Source of the DNA: Verrucomicrobiota bacterium
GTDB lineage: Bacteria; Verrucomicrobiota; Verrucomicrobiia; Opitutales; Opitutaceae
Direction: 5' to 3'
Length of the DNA stretch: 64,000 nucleotides
NCBI GenBank assembly: GCA_023426435.1
Contig: JAFAAS010000018.1
Location: 3,490 to 67,489 of the forward strand
Shown: in pieces, positions 43,179 to 53,143 of the stretch
Numbering within the stretch: the first letter of the stretch is position 1
Layout: every line of letters begins with the position of its first letter
Position numbers and translations under genes: made by a program
The notes under the pieces: generated by a model
Database searches by the model: none
Told to the model about the DNA's origin: nothing
What the model saw: only the letters and a program-made list of their open reading frames with translations

Positions 43179-44666
43179 CTAGGGGCTCCCGGCCGTGTCT
43201 CGCGTCGGAGCCGCTCCCGGCGGCAGGTAGTTCGCCGCCTCATCGTCGATCACCAACACCCAGTCCGGCCCGCCCCACTCGGGCCGCACGCGCTGTTCCT
43301 CATGCCGTCTGTAGCGGCCCGTGTTATTCGTTTCACCGATCAATCGCGCTTCGCCCGTCCGCGGATCAAACCACCACGCTCGCAAGCGCTCACCGGCAAT
43401 CACGGACGTATCGATCTCAAGGTCTCGTGAAATCGGCAGATAGATCATGATGGTCGTCGCATTCTTCTGCCCCGCGCTTCCGTCGCGCGTCACCTGAACA
43501 TGATCGGTGTCCATGCCGAGATCCTTCACGAGGCTTTGATCCGGTAACCGCGATAAGAATGGCCGCGATTCGATCAGCGCGCGCAGGTGCTGCATTTGAC
43601 CGGCACCGGGCGCGTTCAAACCCTCCTGCCAGCTCGTCGAAACATCCAGGATCGGTGTGTCATGCCCGGGCCGATACACCTGCCAGACGCTGTGATGGCC
43701 GTAAGTGTGACCAAACGCCCCGGCGAATATCGCCCAATACGCCGCCTTCCGCACATCGTAGTCCGTGAAACGGGGATTCGCCGGATCGAACGCCGCCGGA
43801 TGATCTTCGTAAGCCGGTTCCGCATCGAACACCGGCCGGACCGGCTGCGCGTCATACTCGCGCTCGATCATCTGCCAGTTGCGTGTCGAGAACCGCGCGT
43901 GGCCCGACTGGATCAGGTTAAAATCCAGCCACGGCGCATCCCGCCAATATCGCGCGGCCGACGCGTAGCCCTGGCAGTGATACGTCATCAGCGAGCGCGT
44001 ATCGTGCTTTCGAATACCCGCGGCCAGCGCGTTCCAGATGGCCTCGTGGCCGGCGGGACTGCGATCGCCGCCGAGCATCCAAATCACGTTGGTCCGGTCG
44101 CGATACCGCTGTCCGAGAAACTCGCCATACGCGTGAGCGTTCTCGACGTTGAACGGATGGTAGTTCTTGAAGCGCGGATGAGGTTTGTCCTCCACGTGCG
44201 ATCCCCAGGTCGGCAACAGCGCCACGTAGAGCCCGCGCTCTTCCGCCCGTTGCAGGGTGTAGTCCACGAGTTCGAAAAACGCTTCGTTCGGCCGCGCGGG
44301 ATTTAGCGCGTGCAAGGGCAAATGCCCCTCGCGATTCGGCGTCTCCAGTCCATCGAGCTCGCCGAGGATCACGCATTGCACGACCGTGAACCGCTTCCCC
44401 GCCCGGTCGGCGAGGTAGCGATCGATCTCGCCGCGATCCATGCGATACAGCATCTGCCAGGCAGTATCGCCAAGATAGAAGAACGGGACGCTTTCCTCCG
44501 CTACGAGGAAGCGCCCGTTCTCGCTCGCCGCCAACCGTGGCAACGCTGCCGTCGCCACGGGCGTGAGCGCTATCAACAGAAGGAAAACGCACCCGGCCAG
44601 CGTGAACGACCGGCGGCAACCCACCGCCCAGCCGCTTCCCCGATGCCGTTCGTTTTCCTTCATCAC
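43179..44666 (-). CDS. DUF4038/GH140-type (beta/alpha)8 hydrolase with a C-terminal collagenase-like beta-sandwich
   Basis: Has a signal peptide, PFFYLGDTAWQMLYRMDRGEIDRYLADRAGKRFTVVQ (DUF4038 signature), LLPTWGSHV, and the C-terminal IMIYLPISRDLEIDTS...LRAWWFDPRTGEA. It starts 3 nt after the TonB-receptor stop. Confidence 0.7.
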   Translation of the reverse strand: MMKENERHRGSGWAVGCRRSFTLAGCVFLLLIALTPVATAALPRLAASENGRFLVAEESVPFFYLGDTAWQMLYRMDRGEIDRYLADRAGKRFTVVQCVILGELDGLETPNREGHLPLHALNPARPNEAFFELVDYTLQRAEERGLYVALLPTWGSHVEDKPHPRFKNYHPFNVENAHAYGEFLGQRYRDRTNVIWMLGGDRSPAGHEAIWNALAAGIRKHDTRSLMTYHCQGYASAARYWRDAPWLDFNLIQSGHARFSTRNWQMIEREYDAQPVRPVFDAEPAYEDHPAAFDPANPRFTDYDVRKAAYWAIFAGAFGHTYGHHSVWQVYRPGHDTPILDVSTSWQEGLNAPGAGQMQHLRALIESRPFLSRLPDQSLVKDLGMDTDHVQVTRDGSAGQKNATTIMIYLPISRDLEIDTSVIAGERLRAWWFDPRTGEARLIGETNNTGRYRRHEEQRVRPEWGGPDWVLVIDDEAANYLPPGAAPTRDTAGSP

Positions 44667-44669
44667 TGA

Positions 44670-47612
44670 CTAAAAGCTAAGCGTCGCCGTCAGCCGATAC
44701 GTGCGCGGAACCGGCAGATAGACGGTGTAAGCCACGCCGTCACGCAAGAGTCCGCGATCTTCGAATGTCTGGCGAACTGCGCCCGACGGCTCCGCGCCTG
44801 CCACCGGCTGCGGATCTTGCAAATCGAAAAGGTTGTCGATGTTGAGCTGCAGCTTCAGCCGGAAGCGGTCGTTGAGTTTGCGATGGTAGGAAATCATCGC
44901 GTTCCCGAGGAAGTAGTCCGGCGCGTAGACAGGTTGTTCGTCCGTCACCGTGCGATACGCGATCAGCGATCTGCCGCGATATTGCACACCAGCTCCAAAC
45001 GCGAGGCCCTTCAGCGGCCCGTCATTGTTGAAGGCGTAGCGGCCAAAGAAATTGGCCGTCGTTTCACGGTCCTGGAACGGCGAGCGACCTTCAGGCGCCG
45101 TCAGCACCACCATCAAATCGTCGAGCCCTTGAATCAGGCTGCCCACCGTTGAGCCGGCCGGCACGCCTGGCTGCTCGATCGGGGTGCTTTGATCCGCGGC
45201 GAGCCAGGTCGCACGGTTGTCCGCCAGATACTTTTTGCCCCACGGGAAAAGGCGGCTGCTGACCGTTTCCGCATTCTTGTAGTTGAACGTGAGCGTGATT
45301 TGCGGCGTCGGGTTGGCGGTAAGCTCGAACTCGTAGCCTTCGCTCTGGAGGCTGCGCGTGTCGCGGCCACCGAGATCCACCGTCTGCCCCATCGCGTTCC
45401 AGATCGCTTCCGACCATACGAAGAAGTTTCCGTCCATCGCCACGTTCTGATTCGCATCCGCCGTCTCATACCAACCGAGCGACGCACCGATCTTGCCGTC
45501 AAACAGCCAGAACTTCACGCCCGCATCCGTGCCTTCGCCGGAACGATTGCCGATCGAGGTGAGATTGCCGATCGGCCCAATGACTTCGTCGGCGCCGTTG
45601 TCCTGAAAATTGTTCGCGCGATTATAATAGAGCGACAACCGGTTCGGCAGCACGTGGAAGACCACGCCGCGCGTGAAGGTGTCGCCTTTCACCGAACGGA
45701 GCAGCCCGCTGCGCTGAAACCCGCGCACCGCGGCCGTGCCCGGCTCCGTCGCCGGCGTGGAATTATAAAGATCCTCCTCATCCGTGCGCCAGCCGAACAG
45801 CCCGACAATGCGGTCGTCCCAGAAATAATTCTGCATCGCGAACATCGAGGTCTGCGTCTCGTTGCGGCTCCACTCCCAGATGCGATTCTCGAGCGACGGC
45901 TGCACCATGGCTCCCGACCGATTCGCCATTGGGCGGACGCCGGCCGACGCGAGCGCGGCGAAGGGATCGCCCATGCCACGGTCCACCTCGTTCGCCGCGA
46001 ACGGGTCGTAGTAGTTGCCCCAGAAGATGCGGTTGTCGTTGTGGAAATACGAAGGCTGCGCCCGCGTGGAATGGCTGTTCACCCAACGGCCGGTGCGCCG
46101 CTCGCTTTCGTAACCTTTTTCCGAATACAAGGCGGCCAGCCGGTGGTGGCCGAGAATGCGGGCCCAGCGCGAGTTCTCCAGCACCTCTTCGAAATTGAGG
46201 GTGTAGGCTGCCGTCGCGCGGCGCTCCTCGCGGAAATACTTCCGCCAGATATGGCTGTCCTGGCCAAAGCCTCCGTTCGAGATGAGCACCGTCTTCCCAA
46301 AGTTCGGGTTCGTCACCATTCCGGTCTGCACTCCATTGGCATCGAAGGTCGGAAGATATGAGTTCGCGTCCTTCCGAACCCGATACGTCCCGAAATTCAT
46401 CGGCGAAATGATGCTTCGCTGCTCATACTCACCCGACGCGGCGAGTTCGATGAAGAGGTTGCGCCCGATCTGCTGCTCGATGAACACGCTGCCAACCTTC
46501 GCGTCCGAGTCGCTGCGCGCGCCCGCGCCGAGCGGGTTCGCGTTGCGTGGCACCACGCTGAAATCGAGCACGTTCGGCGGGGTGTTGAGGCCCGGGATCG
46601 CCGGCGTGGCGCCATCCGACCAGCGAAACTGCTGCGTGCCGGCGTTCCACACGAACTGATCCGCCCACACGCCGTCCGACATGAAAACAATCGCGCCGCC
46701 CGCTGCATTTACGGTGCCGGCGGGAGCCGTGCCCCAGGTGCTCGCGGTGTGGGCACCAGGCGAACCGGCGAGTTCCCAGCCGAGGTAGGCTTCGAAAGGC
46801 GTCCACGGACGCGCCCGGTTTTCCGAAATATCCATCCGCTCCGCCTCCACGCGAATGGTGGTCTTCTGGAACGGCCGCCATGTGCCGGCGATCGCCCCGC
46901 CCTTCTTGTCCTGAAATTCGAAATCGCGATAGCCCTCCTTCTCCTGCCACAAGGCGTTCACGCGCACCGCAGCCTTCTCGCCGAGCGTTTGGTTGTAATC
47001 GAGCGACGCACGACGCTCGCCAAAACTTCCCGCCGACAACTGCACCGAGCCGAAATCGCGATCAGTCCGTGCGCTCTTGGTCGTCGAGTTGATGATGCCC
47101 GCGGGCGAGCCGATGCCGAAAAGCACCGAGTTCGGACCGCGCGAGAAATCGAGTCGTTCGGTGTTGTAGAAATCAATGTTCAAACCCGTCGCCATGTAAT
47201 TGCGCGCTCGACCTGCGCCCGAGATGCCGCGCATGCGCGTTTGGAAATTGTTTTCGACGATGCCGTTTCCGGTCGTGTCGTAATCGGTCACCGTGTTTAC
47301 CGCGAACTCGAGCGCGTCGTTCACCGTCACCGCTCCCAGATCGTCGAGGAGCTCTTTCGTGAACACCGAGATCGGCGCCGCGAGATCTTTCAAATCGGTG
47401 TTGAGACGGCTGCCGGCCAACGTGCTCGCAGCCGCGTAGCCTTGGTCTTTTTTGCTGCTCACCACGAAGGTGGAGAGCTCGACGATGTCTTGCTCGCGAG
47501 CGCCGGAATCGTTTGCGGCGGATTGCGCGAAAGCCGACAGATTCAGCGCGGCAGCGCCGAGTGCGGCTGCGCTCCAGCTTCGGAGCGAACGCGGAGTGAG
47601 GGAGTAGTTCAT
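44670..47612 (-). CDS. TonB-dependent outer-membrane receptor (980 aa)
   Basis: The ATG at 47612 (MNYSLTPRSLRSWSAAALGAAALNLSAFAQS) gives a signal peptide. The plug is IVELSTFVVSSKKDQGYAAASTLAGSRLNTDL. The C-terminus is ...YRLTATLSF. Confidence 0.85.
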   Translation of the reverse strand: MNYSLTPRSLRSWSAAALGAAALNLSAFAQSAANDSGAREQDIVELSTFVVSSKKDQGYAAASTLAGSRLNTDLKDLAAPISVFTKELLDDLGAVTVNDALEFAVNTVTDYDTTGNGIVENNFQTRMRGISGAGRARNYMATGLNIDFYNTERLDFSRGPNSVLFGIGSPAGIINSTTKSARTDRDFGSVQLSAGSFGERRASLDYNQTLGEKAAVRVNALWQEKEGYRDFEFQDKKGGAIAGTWRPFQKTTIRVEAERMDISENRARPWTPFEAYLGWELAGSPGAHTASTWGTAPAGTVNAAGGAIVFMSDGVWADQFVWNAGTQQFRWSDGATPAIPGLNTPPNVLDFSVVPRNANPLGAGARSDSDAKVGSVFIEQQIGRNLFIELAASGEYEQRSIISPMNFGTYRVRKDANSYLPTFDANGVQTGMVTNPNFGKTVLISNGGFGQDSHIWRKYFREERRATAAYTLNFEEVLENSRWARILGHHRLAALYSEKGYESERRTGRWVNSHSTRAQPSYFHNDNRIFWGNYYDPFAANEVDRGMGDPFAALASAGVRPMANRSGAMVQPSLENRIWEWSRNETQTSMFAMQNYFWDDRIVGLFGWRTDEEDLYNSTPATEPGTAAVRGFQRSGLLRSVKGDTFTRGVVFHVLPNRLSLYYNRANNFQDNGADEVIGPIGNLTSIGNRSGEGTDAGVKFWLFDGKIGASLGWYETADANQNVAMDGNFFVWSEAIWNAMGQTVDLGGRDTRSLQSEGYEFELTANPTPQITLTFNYKNAETVSSRLFPWGKKYLADNRATWLAADQSTPIEQPGVPAGSTVGSLIQGLDDLMVVLTAPEGRSPFQDRETTANFFGRYAFNNDGPLKGLAFGAGVQYRGRSLIAYRTVTDEQPVYAPDYFLGNAMISYHRKLNDRFRLKLQLNIDNLFDLQDPQPVAGAEPSGAVRQTFEDRGLLRDGVAYTVYLPVPRTYRLTATLSF

Positions 47613-47774
47613 AGTGCGCGGACGGGGTCTGGTTTGCTCGGGCAGGAAAGCGGGCCTGCCTTTGCCTTCACGTAGGCCGCATGCCTCTCCCCGCCAACGG
47701 CGCGAAATCTGATCCTGTTTAAATCCCGATCCGTTCGCTGCGAAATACCCCGCCAAAAACTGCGCTTCGGCGCG

Positions 47775-48803
47775 TCAGCGACGCCGATTCGGCAGGGTCA
47801 AACCCTCGTGCCACTGCGGCTCGATGAGAAGTTTTCGCTGCACCTTCGGCACGCCCCACTCGTCCTCATTCATCGCCGCGACGAGCGCATCCACTCCGAC
47901 ACTACCGATGTTGCTCGTCTCGCGCTCCACCCCCGTGAGTTCGGGCGATTCTGCAACCACTACGCCGAGGCCTGCGAAGGCCACATCGCCGGGGACGCTC
48001 CGGCCCGTCGACAAGATCCACTCGTAGACTCGCGAGATGAAACCGATCACGACCTCCGGCTTGTAGCGGTCGAGCCATCGCACGAAGCTGTCGCGATCGC
48101 GATGATCGCTCGTGAGCAGCGGGATTCGGTCTGCGGCTCGCAACCAGTCCTGCTGCGAGGCCAGCGACGCGCCCAGTCGCGCAGCGTCATCGAACGCCCG
48201 CGGTTGGTGCGACAAAATCGCGCCGCCCACGCGGCGATAACCGCGATCGATCACCGTCCGCCAAACCACGCGTGTCGCCTGAAAAGTATCCGGCGCAATG
48301 GTGTGAAACGGCACCTCGACCCAACCCACATCCAGGCACACGACCGTGAATTTTTCCGCCGGCAGCTCGAGAATGCTCGGCCCCTCGATATTGGCGAACT
48401 GCGGCACCAGCAACCCACGGATCCCGCGGTGATGCAGCACGCGACTCGCTGCTCCGATCGTGGCATAATCCGCGAGGTCGAAATCGTTCAGGATGTAGCC
48501 GCGTTCCTCCGCGCGCCGCTTGGCCGCCGCCAGAAATCGGCGATGCGTGTCGTGATTCTCCATTCGGCTGTCGACCAGATATCCGAGCACCGCACCGCTC
48601 CCCGTCTCGTGCCCCGCCCAACGCTGCCGCGCCAGCGTCGCGAGCGCCGGATCCGGCCGGTAGCCGAGTTTCTCCGCCATCGCCCGCACCGCGAGGCGCG
48701 TCGCTTTGGCGATGCTCGGATGATGACGCAGCGCCAGCGAAACGGTTGCCTTGCTGAGTTTGAGCCGCCGGCCGATGTCCTCCTGCGTGACGCGCCGATT
48801 CAT
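47775..48803 (-). CDS. LacI-family transcriptional regulator (paralogue 1)
   Basis: The N-terminal HTH is VTQEDIGRRLKLSKATVSLALRHHPSIAKATRLAVRAMAEKLGYRPDP. A periplasmic-binding-protein-like effector domain follows. Confidence 0.85.
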   Translation of the reverse strand: MNRRVTQEDIGRRLKLSKATVSLALRHHPSIAKATRLAVRAMAEKLGYRPDPALATLARQRWAGHETGSGAVLGYLVDSRMENHDTHRRFLAAAKRRAEERGYILNDFDLADYATIGAASRVLHHRGIRGLLVPQFANIEGPSILELPAEKFTVVCLDVGWVEVPFHTIAPDTFQATRVVWRTVIDRGYRRVGGAILSHQPRAFDDAARLGASLASQQDWLRAADRIPLLTSDHRDRDSFVRWLDRYKPEVVIGFISRVYEWILSTGRSVPGDVAFAGLGVVVAESPELTGVERETSNIGSVGVDALVAAMNEDEWGVPKVQRKLLIEPQWHEGLTLPNRRR

Positions 48804-48824
48804 GTATCCACCGCGCGGATGCGC

Positions 48825-49937
48825 TTAGCCCCGTTGCCGCACCGCAGCGGTTTTCCGCTTCGTCCGGGGCGCTGTGGAAGAGGTCGAGCGCTCCGCGTTC
48901 GGCTTCCCTTGCGCCGGCGCTCGCGCCAGCAGCGTCGTTCCTTCGTGCCACTCCGGCTCGAGCAACAACACCTGCTGCGCCTCGGGCAGGCCCCAGTTGT
49001 TGTCCAGCATCTGGGAAATCAAAAAGTCCACTGCGCTCCGCGCCACCAAGTCGGTCTGCAAGCTCACCCCGGAATAGGTCTCGTGCGGCCAGGCGTGCAA
49101 CGACGCGAGGCCGATGTCCTCCGGCACGCGATAGCCCGCCTCCGTCAGCCACCGATATGGTTTCGCTGCAATGAGCGATATGATCACGTCCGGCCGGTGC
49201 TTCTTCACCCACGCCAGGAACGCATCGCGATCGCTTGGCGGACAAAGCAGGAACGGCACCCGATCTTCCTCTGCCACAAGTTCCATCTGCTCCGCATACG
49301 AGGCGCCGAGCCGCGCAAAATCGTCGACCGCTACCGGCTGGTGCCGAAACAGCGCCGCACCGATGCGTCGGTAGCCTCGCTTCACCACTTGCTGCCACGC
49401 GAGCCGTGCCCCTTCGAACTTGTCCGGAGTCACGATATGAAATGCCGTGCGCAACCAGCCGATCGAACAACCGACGACCGTAAACCTCTCCCACTGGAAA
49501 TCGTGCAGGTCCGGGTCCACTTCGGGCGGCATCGTGGGCAAAATCACCCCGCGGATCCCACGATTGAAGAGCACCTTGCTCGCAGCCGCACCGTTCGGAT
49601 ACGCCGACAGGTCGAATTCCACCAGATTGTAGCCTCGCTCCTCCGCTCGCTTCCGCGCCCCAGCCAGATGACGTCGCTGCAAATCGAACTCGGGCCTCTT
49701 CTTGTGCACGAGATACACCAACGTCACTCCGCGATCCGTTTCCTGGTTCGCCCAGCGATGCCGCGAGAGCATCGCAATCGCCGGATCCGGCCGATAACCC
49801 ATCTTCTCCGCCATCTCGACGATCTTGCGGCGCGTGTCCTCCGGGAGCCGCGGGCTCCCGCGCAGAGCCAGCGACACCGTCGATTTGTCGAAGCCGGTTT
49901 TCTCCCCGATATCGCGGTGGGTGACGCGTTGATTCAT
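48825..49937 (-). CDS. LacI-family transcriptional regulator (paralogue 2) with a basic C-terminal tail
   Basis: The ATG is at 49937. The HTH is VTHRDIGEKTGFDKSTVSLALRGSPRLPEDTRRKIVEMAEKMGYRPDP. The C-terminal tail is ...KPNAERSTSSTAPRTKRKTAAVRQRG. Confidence 0.85.
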   Translation of the reverse strand: MNQRVTHRDIGEKTGFDKSTVSLALRGSPRLPEDTRRKIVEMAEKMGYRPDPAIAMLSRHRWANQETDRGVTLVYLVHKKRPEFDLQRRHLAGARKRAEERGYNLVEFDLSAYPNGAAASKVLFNRGIRGVILPTMPPEVDPDLHDFQWERFTVVGCSIGWLRTAFHIVTPDKFEGARLAWQQVVKRGYRRIGAALFRHQPVAVDDFARLGASYAEQMELVAEEDRVPFLLCPPSDRDAFLAWVKKHRPDVIISLIAAKPYRWLTEAGYRVPEDIGLASLHAWPHETYSGVSLQTDLVARSAVDFLISQMLDNNWGLPEAQQVLLLEPEWHEGTTLLARAPAQGKPNAERSTSSTAPRTKRKTAAVRQRG

Positions 49938-49942
49938 CGGGA

Positions 49943-49973
49943 TGACAACGAGTGACAACGGCACCCCTTGTCA
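49943..49973. promoter_or_regulatory. TGACAACG-ag-TGACAACG-gcacccc-TTGTCA repeat cluster directly upstream of LacI paralogue 2
   Basis: Direct repeats lie at 49943-49950 and 49953-49960, with an inverted half-site at 49968-49973. The cluster begins 6 nt upstream of the ATG at 49937. Confidence 0.4.
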
Positions 49974-50072
49974 ATCGCCGGGCGCCGCCACCCGCTGCTC
50001 GAGCGGCGACAAGGCTCCAACACGTTGACCGCTGCAGCCAGAAACAGCGACGACGCCCCTCGCCTCACGATC

Positions 50073-51548
50073 TCACCTTCGCGCCGTGAATGCTTCGCGT
50101 GCGAATTTCAGTGCGTCCGCATCCGCCCCGAGATCGCGCGCCGCATTTGCGTAGGGCAGCATCTCCTTCAGTTCGACCGCTCGCCCGCGCGCCGGCGAAT
50201 GGTCGGCCAAACGGAAATCGCCGCTCTGCGCCGCCACAAAACGCGGATCCTCCACCAAGGTCGCCTGGCGACCAAACGCCCGCGACACCCCGTAACGCGA
50301 CGTCGAATCCGTCGGCTCCGCGACCTTCGCCACCCACGGAAACACCAAATTCCCCTGCACGCTCGCGTGCGTCACGGTCGCATTGTCGTCGTCCTCCTTC
50401 AGCTGAACGCTGCCGATGCCAAACGCGCCGCTGTCCACGACGATGTTGTTGACCACCGTGATCGCCTCCGCGACCGGCGAGCGCAAATCGATGCCGCCCG
50501 TTCCGCCCGCCCAGTGCCCGACCGCGCCGTTTTGAACGAGGGTGTTGTGGGCAATCACAATATCGCGGCGCGGACCGTCGAGCCCCCACCGTCCAAAATA
50601 AACGCCCGAACCGCGCGTGCGAACGAAGACATTGTTGTGCACCCAAACCTTGCGCATCCACGCGCCTTCGCCTTCGCACGATAGCACCACGCCCCACTCG
50701 CAGTCTTCGACGTAGTTGTGGTCAAACGACACATTCTCGAGCATCCCATACCACGCGTCGGCATACAGGCCCTGACGATGCACGCGCCGAACGATGTTGT
50801 GGTGAACGCGTCCGTCGCGCGACGCTTCCTTCACGTCGATCCCTTCCTTGTGGCTGTCGTGAATGTGATTCCACGCGACTTCGAAATCGCTCACGCCGCC
50901 CAGCGAGATGGCCTCATGCGGTGCTTCGCGCGGCTTGGGCTTCGACATGTCGCGCATATCGAGGTTGTTCGCATCGGTGACCGTATTTCGCAGGATCCGA
51001 ATGTGGTGTGTATTCCATGCGCCGATACCGCAGGAATGCGTGTGCTCCGTCCGGCAGCCGACGATATCCACGTGATGGCTCGGTCCGCGAACGAAGATCC
51101 CCATCGCCAGCGAGTTCTTCACCGTCAGCCCTTCGATCCGCACATACGACGGCCCTTCCACGTGCACCATGCCGGTGCCGCCAAGTCGCGCGCTCACCTG
51201 CGGCGTATGTTTCCAATCGCTGCCATCGATGATCGCCTCACCATCGCCCGCGGACTTGATGACCACCCACGCATCTTCGCGACCGCCCGGCCCGAGACGC
51301 AGCGGCTCCGTTAATCGATAGGTGCCCGCCTTCAACAGCAGCGTGTCGCCTGGCTGCAGTTGCTTCACCGCGTGATGCAGCGACGTGAACGGCCGATTTG
51401 CCGTGCCCTCGCCAGGTTCAGTTGCATCGGAAGCGGCCGGCGCCGCGTAAAGCTCGCGCGCCTGCACGGATGAAAACACGGCCATCAGGGCGAGGCCCAA
51501 TGCGGCGAATAAGCGTCGTGGAAACGTCAGGGAGGAGGTGGGTGACAT
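50073..51548 (-). CDS. Secreted right-handed parallel beta-helix repeat protein (pectate-lyase fold; lyase or glycosidase)
   Basis: Has a signal peptide. RPFTSLHHAVKQLQPGDTLLLKAGTYRLTEPLRL is the typical N-terminal cap of beta-helix enzymes. The body shows repeated ...N.V.D....GI... turns. Confidence 0.65.
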   Translation of the reverse strand: MSPTSSLTFPRRLFAALGLALMAVFSSVQARELYAAPAASDATEPGEGTANRPFTSLHHAVKQLQPGDTLLLKAGTYRLTEPLRLGPGGREDAWVVIKSAGDGEAIIDGSDWKHTPQVSARLGGTGMVHVEGPSYVRIEGLTVKNSLAMGIFVRGPSHHVDIVGCRTEHTHSCGIGAWNTHHIRILRNTVTDANNLDMRDMSKPKPREAPHEAISLGGVSDFEVAWNHIHDSHKEGIDVKEASRDGRVHHNIVRRVHRQGLYADAWYGMLENVSFDHNYVEDCEWGVVLSCEGEGAWMRKVWVHNNVFVRTRGSGVYFGRWGLDGPRRDIVIAHNTLVQNGAVGHWAGGTGGIDLRSPVAEAITVVNNIVVDSGAFGIGSVQLKEDDDNATVTHASVQGNLVFPWVAKVAEPTDSTSRYGVSRAFGRQATLVEDPRFVAAQSGDFRLADHSPARGRAVELKEMLPYANAARDLGADADALKFAREAFTARR

Positions 51549-51580
51549 GATGTAGTTGGAAATTGATTACACGCAGGACC

Positions 51581-53056
51581 TCAGCGCACCGGCAGCGGTA
51601 GAAAATCCCAGTCGAGCGTCATCTTCTCCGCCAGCGCGAGCTTCAGTTCCTGCTCCACTTCGGCATACGCGGGATCGCCCGCCACGTTGTTCATCTCGGC
51701 CGGATCCCGTTCGAGATCGTAGAGCTCATACGTCGGCCGCGGCGTGAAGTAGGCTTTCACGAATTTGGCCTCGAGCGTTCCGGCCGCGTGCGCCGCCGTG
51801 ATCTCCTTCCAACTCGGCTGCCCCACGCTGTCGATCGGCGCCACCGGCGCGTTCGGCGTGCAGTTGTAGATCAGCTTGTAGCGCTCCGACCGAATCGCCC
51901 GCGACAGATCGAAGGTCGCCGCCGGCATGTCCGGCCGCATTCCGCCGTCGCCGCCGTGCGGCCCGCGTTGCGCAAAAATATACCGCCGGTCCTCACGCGC
52001 TTCGTCTCCGCGCAACAGCTTCAAGAAGCTTACGCCGCTCATCTCCTTCGGCGCCTTCACCCCCGCCGCATCGAGCATCGTCGGCGCAATGTCCTCGCCC
52101 GAGATCAACGCCTTCGTGCTCGTGCCCGGTTGCACCACGCCGGGCCAACGCACGAGCAGCGGCACCGCGATTCCCGGATCGTGCAGCGCCCCTTTCCCAT
52201 GCGGAAAAGCCATGCCGTTGTCGCCCATGAACACGACCAGCGTGTTCTCGTCCAAACCGCGCGCCCGCAACACCTCGAGCACGTCCGCGATGTCCGTATC
52301 GAGATGTTCGATCTCCGCGATATGCCGCGCAAGGTCGCCGCGCACGCCGGGCAAATCCGGCAGATAATCCGGCACATCGAGCTTCGACGCATCCGGCAGC
52401 CCCTGCGGCCCGCGCAGCGTCCACACGTGATGCGGATCCGAAAAATTCAGCCAGAAGAACCAGGGCTGCCCTTCCGGCACTTTCTCCAAAAACGAATTCA
52501 GCTTCCCGCCGAAATCCTCCATCTCGCCCGGCTCCTGCGAATAGTTGAACCTCCGCTCGAAGCTCCGCAGATCGTGCTCGCCGATCAGCGCCCAAATGTT
52601 CGGCGTGCGCTCCGCGAATTTCTTCTCCGGACCGTCGAGATGATGATAACGCCCCGCCACGCCCGTGAAATAACCGGCCTCATGCCGCAACACGTCCGGC
52701 AGTGTCACCACATCCGGCGGCAGCGGCGCTGTAAACCTCACCATCCGCGCCGCCACGGGCGACCGCCCGCTCATCAACGACGCGCGCGAGGGCACGCACG
52801 AGGGCGATGTCACAAACGCTCGGTCCGCCCGCAGGCCTTGCGCCGCGAGCCGGTCGAGAGTCGGCGTGCGCACGTCCTTGTTTCCATAGGCGCCGAGATA
52901 CGGATAACTGTGATCGTCGGAGAGCAGAAACAGGATGTTCGGCTTCTTCGGGGAAGCATTCGCATCCTTAGCCGTTGCAGCCCGCGCCGCCGCCAGCGAG
53001 CAAAACGCCGTCAGCAAGCCGAGCACCGTGAAAGAGAGCCGAGTCATTGGGGTCAT
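51581..53056 (-). CDS. Cys-type sulfatase
   Basis: Has a signal peptide (MTPMTRLSFTVLGLLTAFCSLAAARA), then NILFLLSDDHSYPYLGAYGN and SPSCVPSRASLMSGRSP (C-x-P-x-R). Confidence 0.9.
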   Translation of the reverse strand: MTPMTRLSFTVLGLLTAFCSLAAARAATAKDANASPKKPNILFLLSDDHSYPYLGAYGNKDVRTPTLDRLAAQGLRADRAFVTSPSCVPSRASLMSGRSPVAARMVRFTAPLPPDVVTLPDVLRHEAGYFTGVAGRYHHLDGPEKKFAERTPNIWALIGEHDLRSFERRFNYSQEPGEMEDFGGKLNSFLEKVPEGQPWFFWLNFSDPHHVWTLRGPQGLPDASKLDVPDYLPDLPGVRGDLARHIAEIEHLDTDIADVLEVLRARGLDENTLVVFMGDNGMAFPHGKGALHDPGIAVPLLVRWPGVVQPGTSTKALISGEDIAPTMLDAAGVKAPKEMSGVSFLKLLRGDEAREDRRYIFAQRGPHGGDGGMRPDMPAATFDLSRAIRSERYKLIYNCTPNAPVAPIDSVGQPSWKEITAAHAAGTLEAKFVKAYFTPRPTYELYDLERDPAEMNNVAGDPAYAEVEQELKLALAEKMTLDWDFLPLPVR

Positions 53057-53143
53057 GCGGTTCGGAATTCCCCACGCAACACCCCTCCGCCCATCGAGCA
53101 AGCGCCGCGTCGTTCATCCCGGCTACCAACCGCGTCAGCCCGT

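Noticed and set aside
47808-49974. A 715-aa plus-strand ORF and a 595-aa minus-strand ORF overlapping the two LacI genes
   Set aside because: Both are Arg/Pro/His-rich with no domain. The LacI frames carry canonical HTH and effector domains and sensible gene boundaries.
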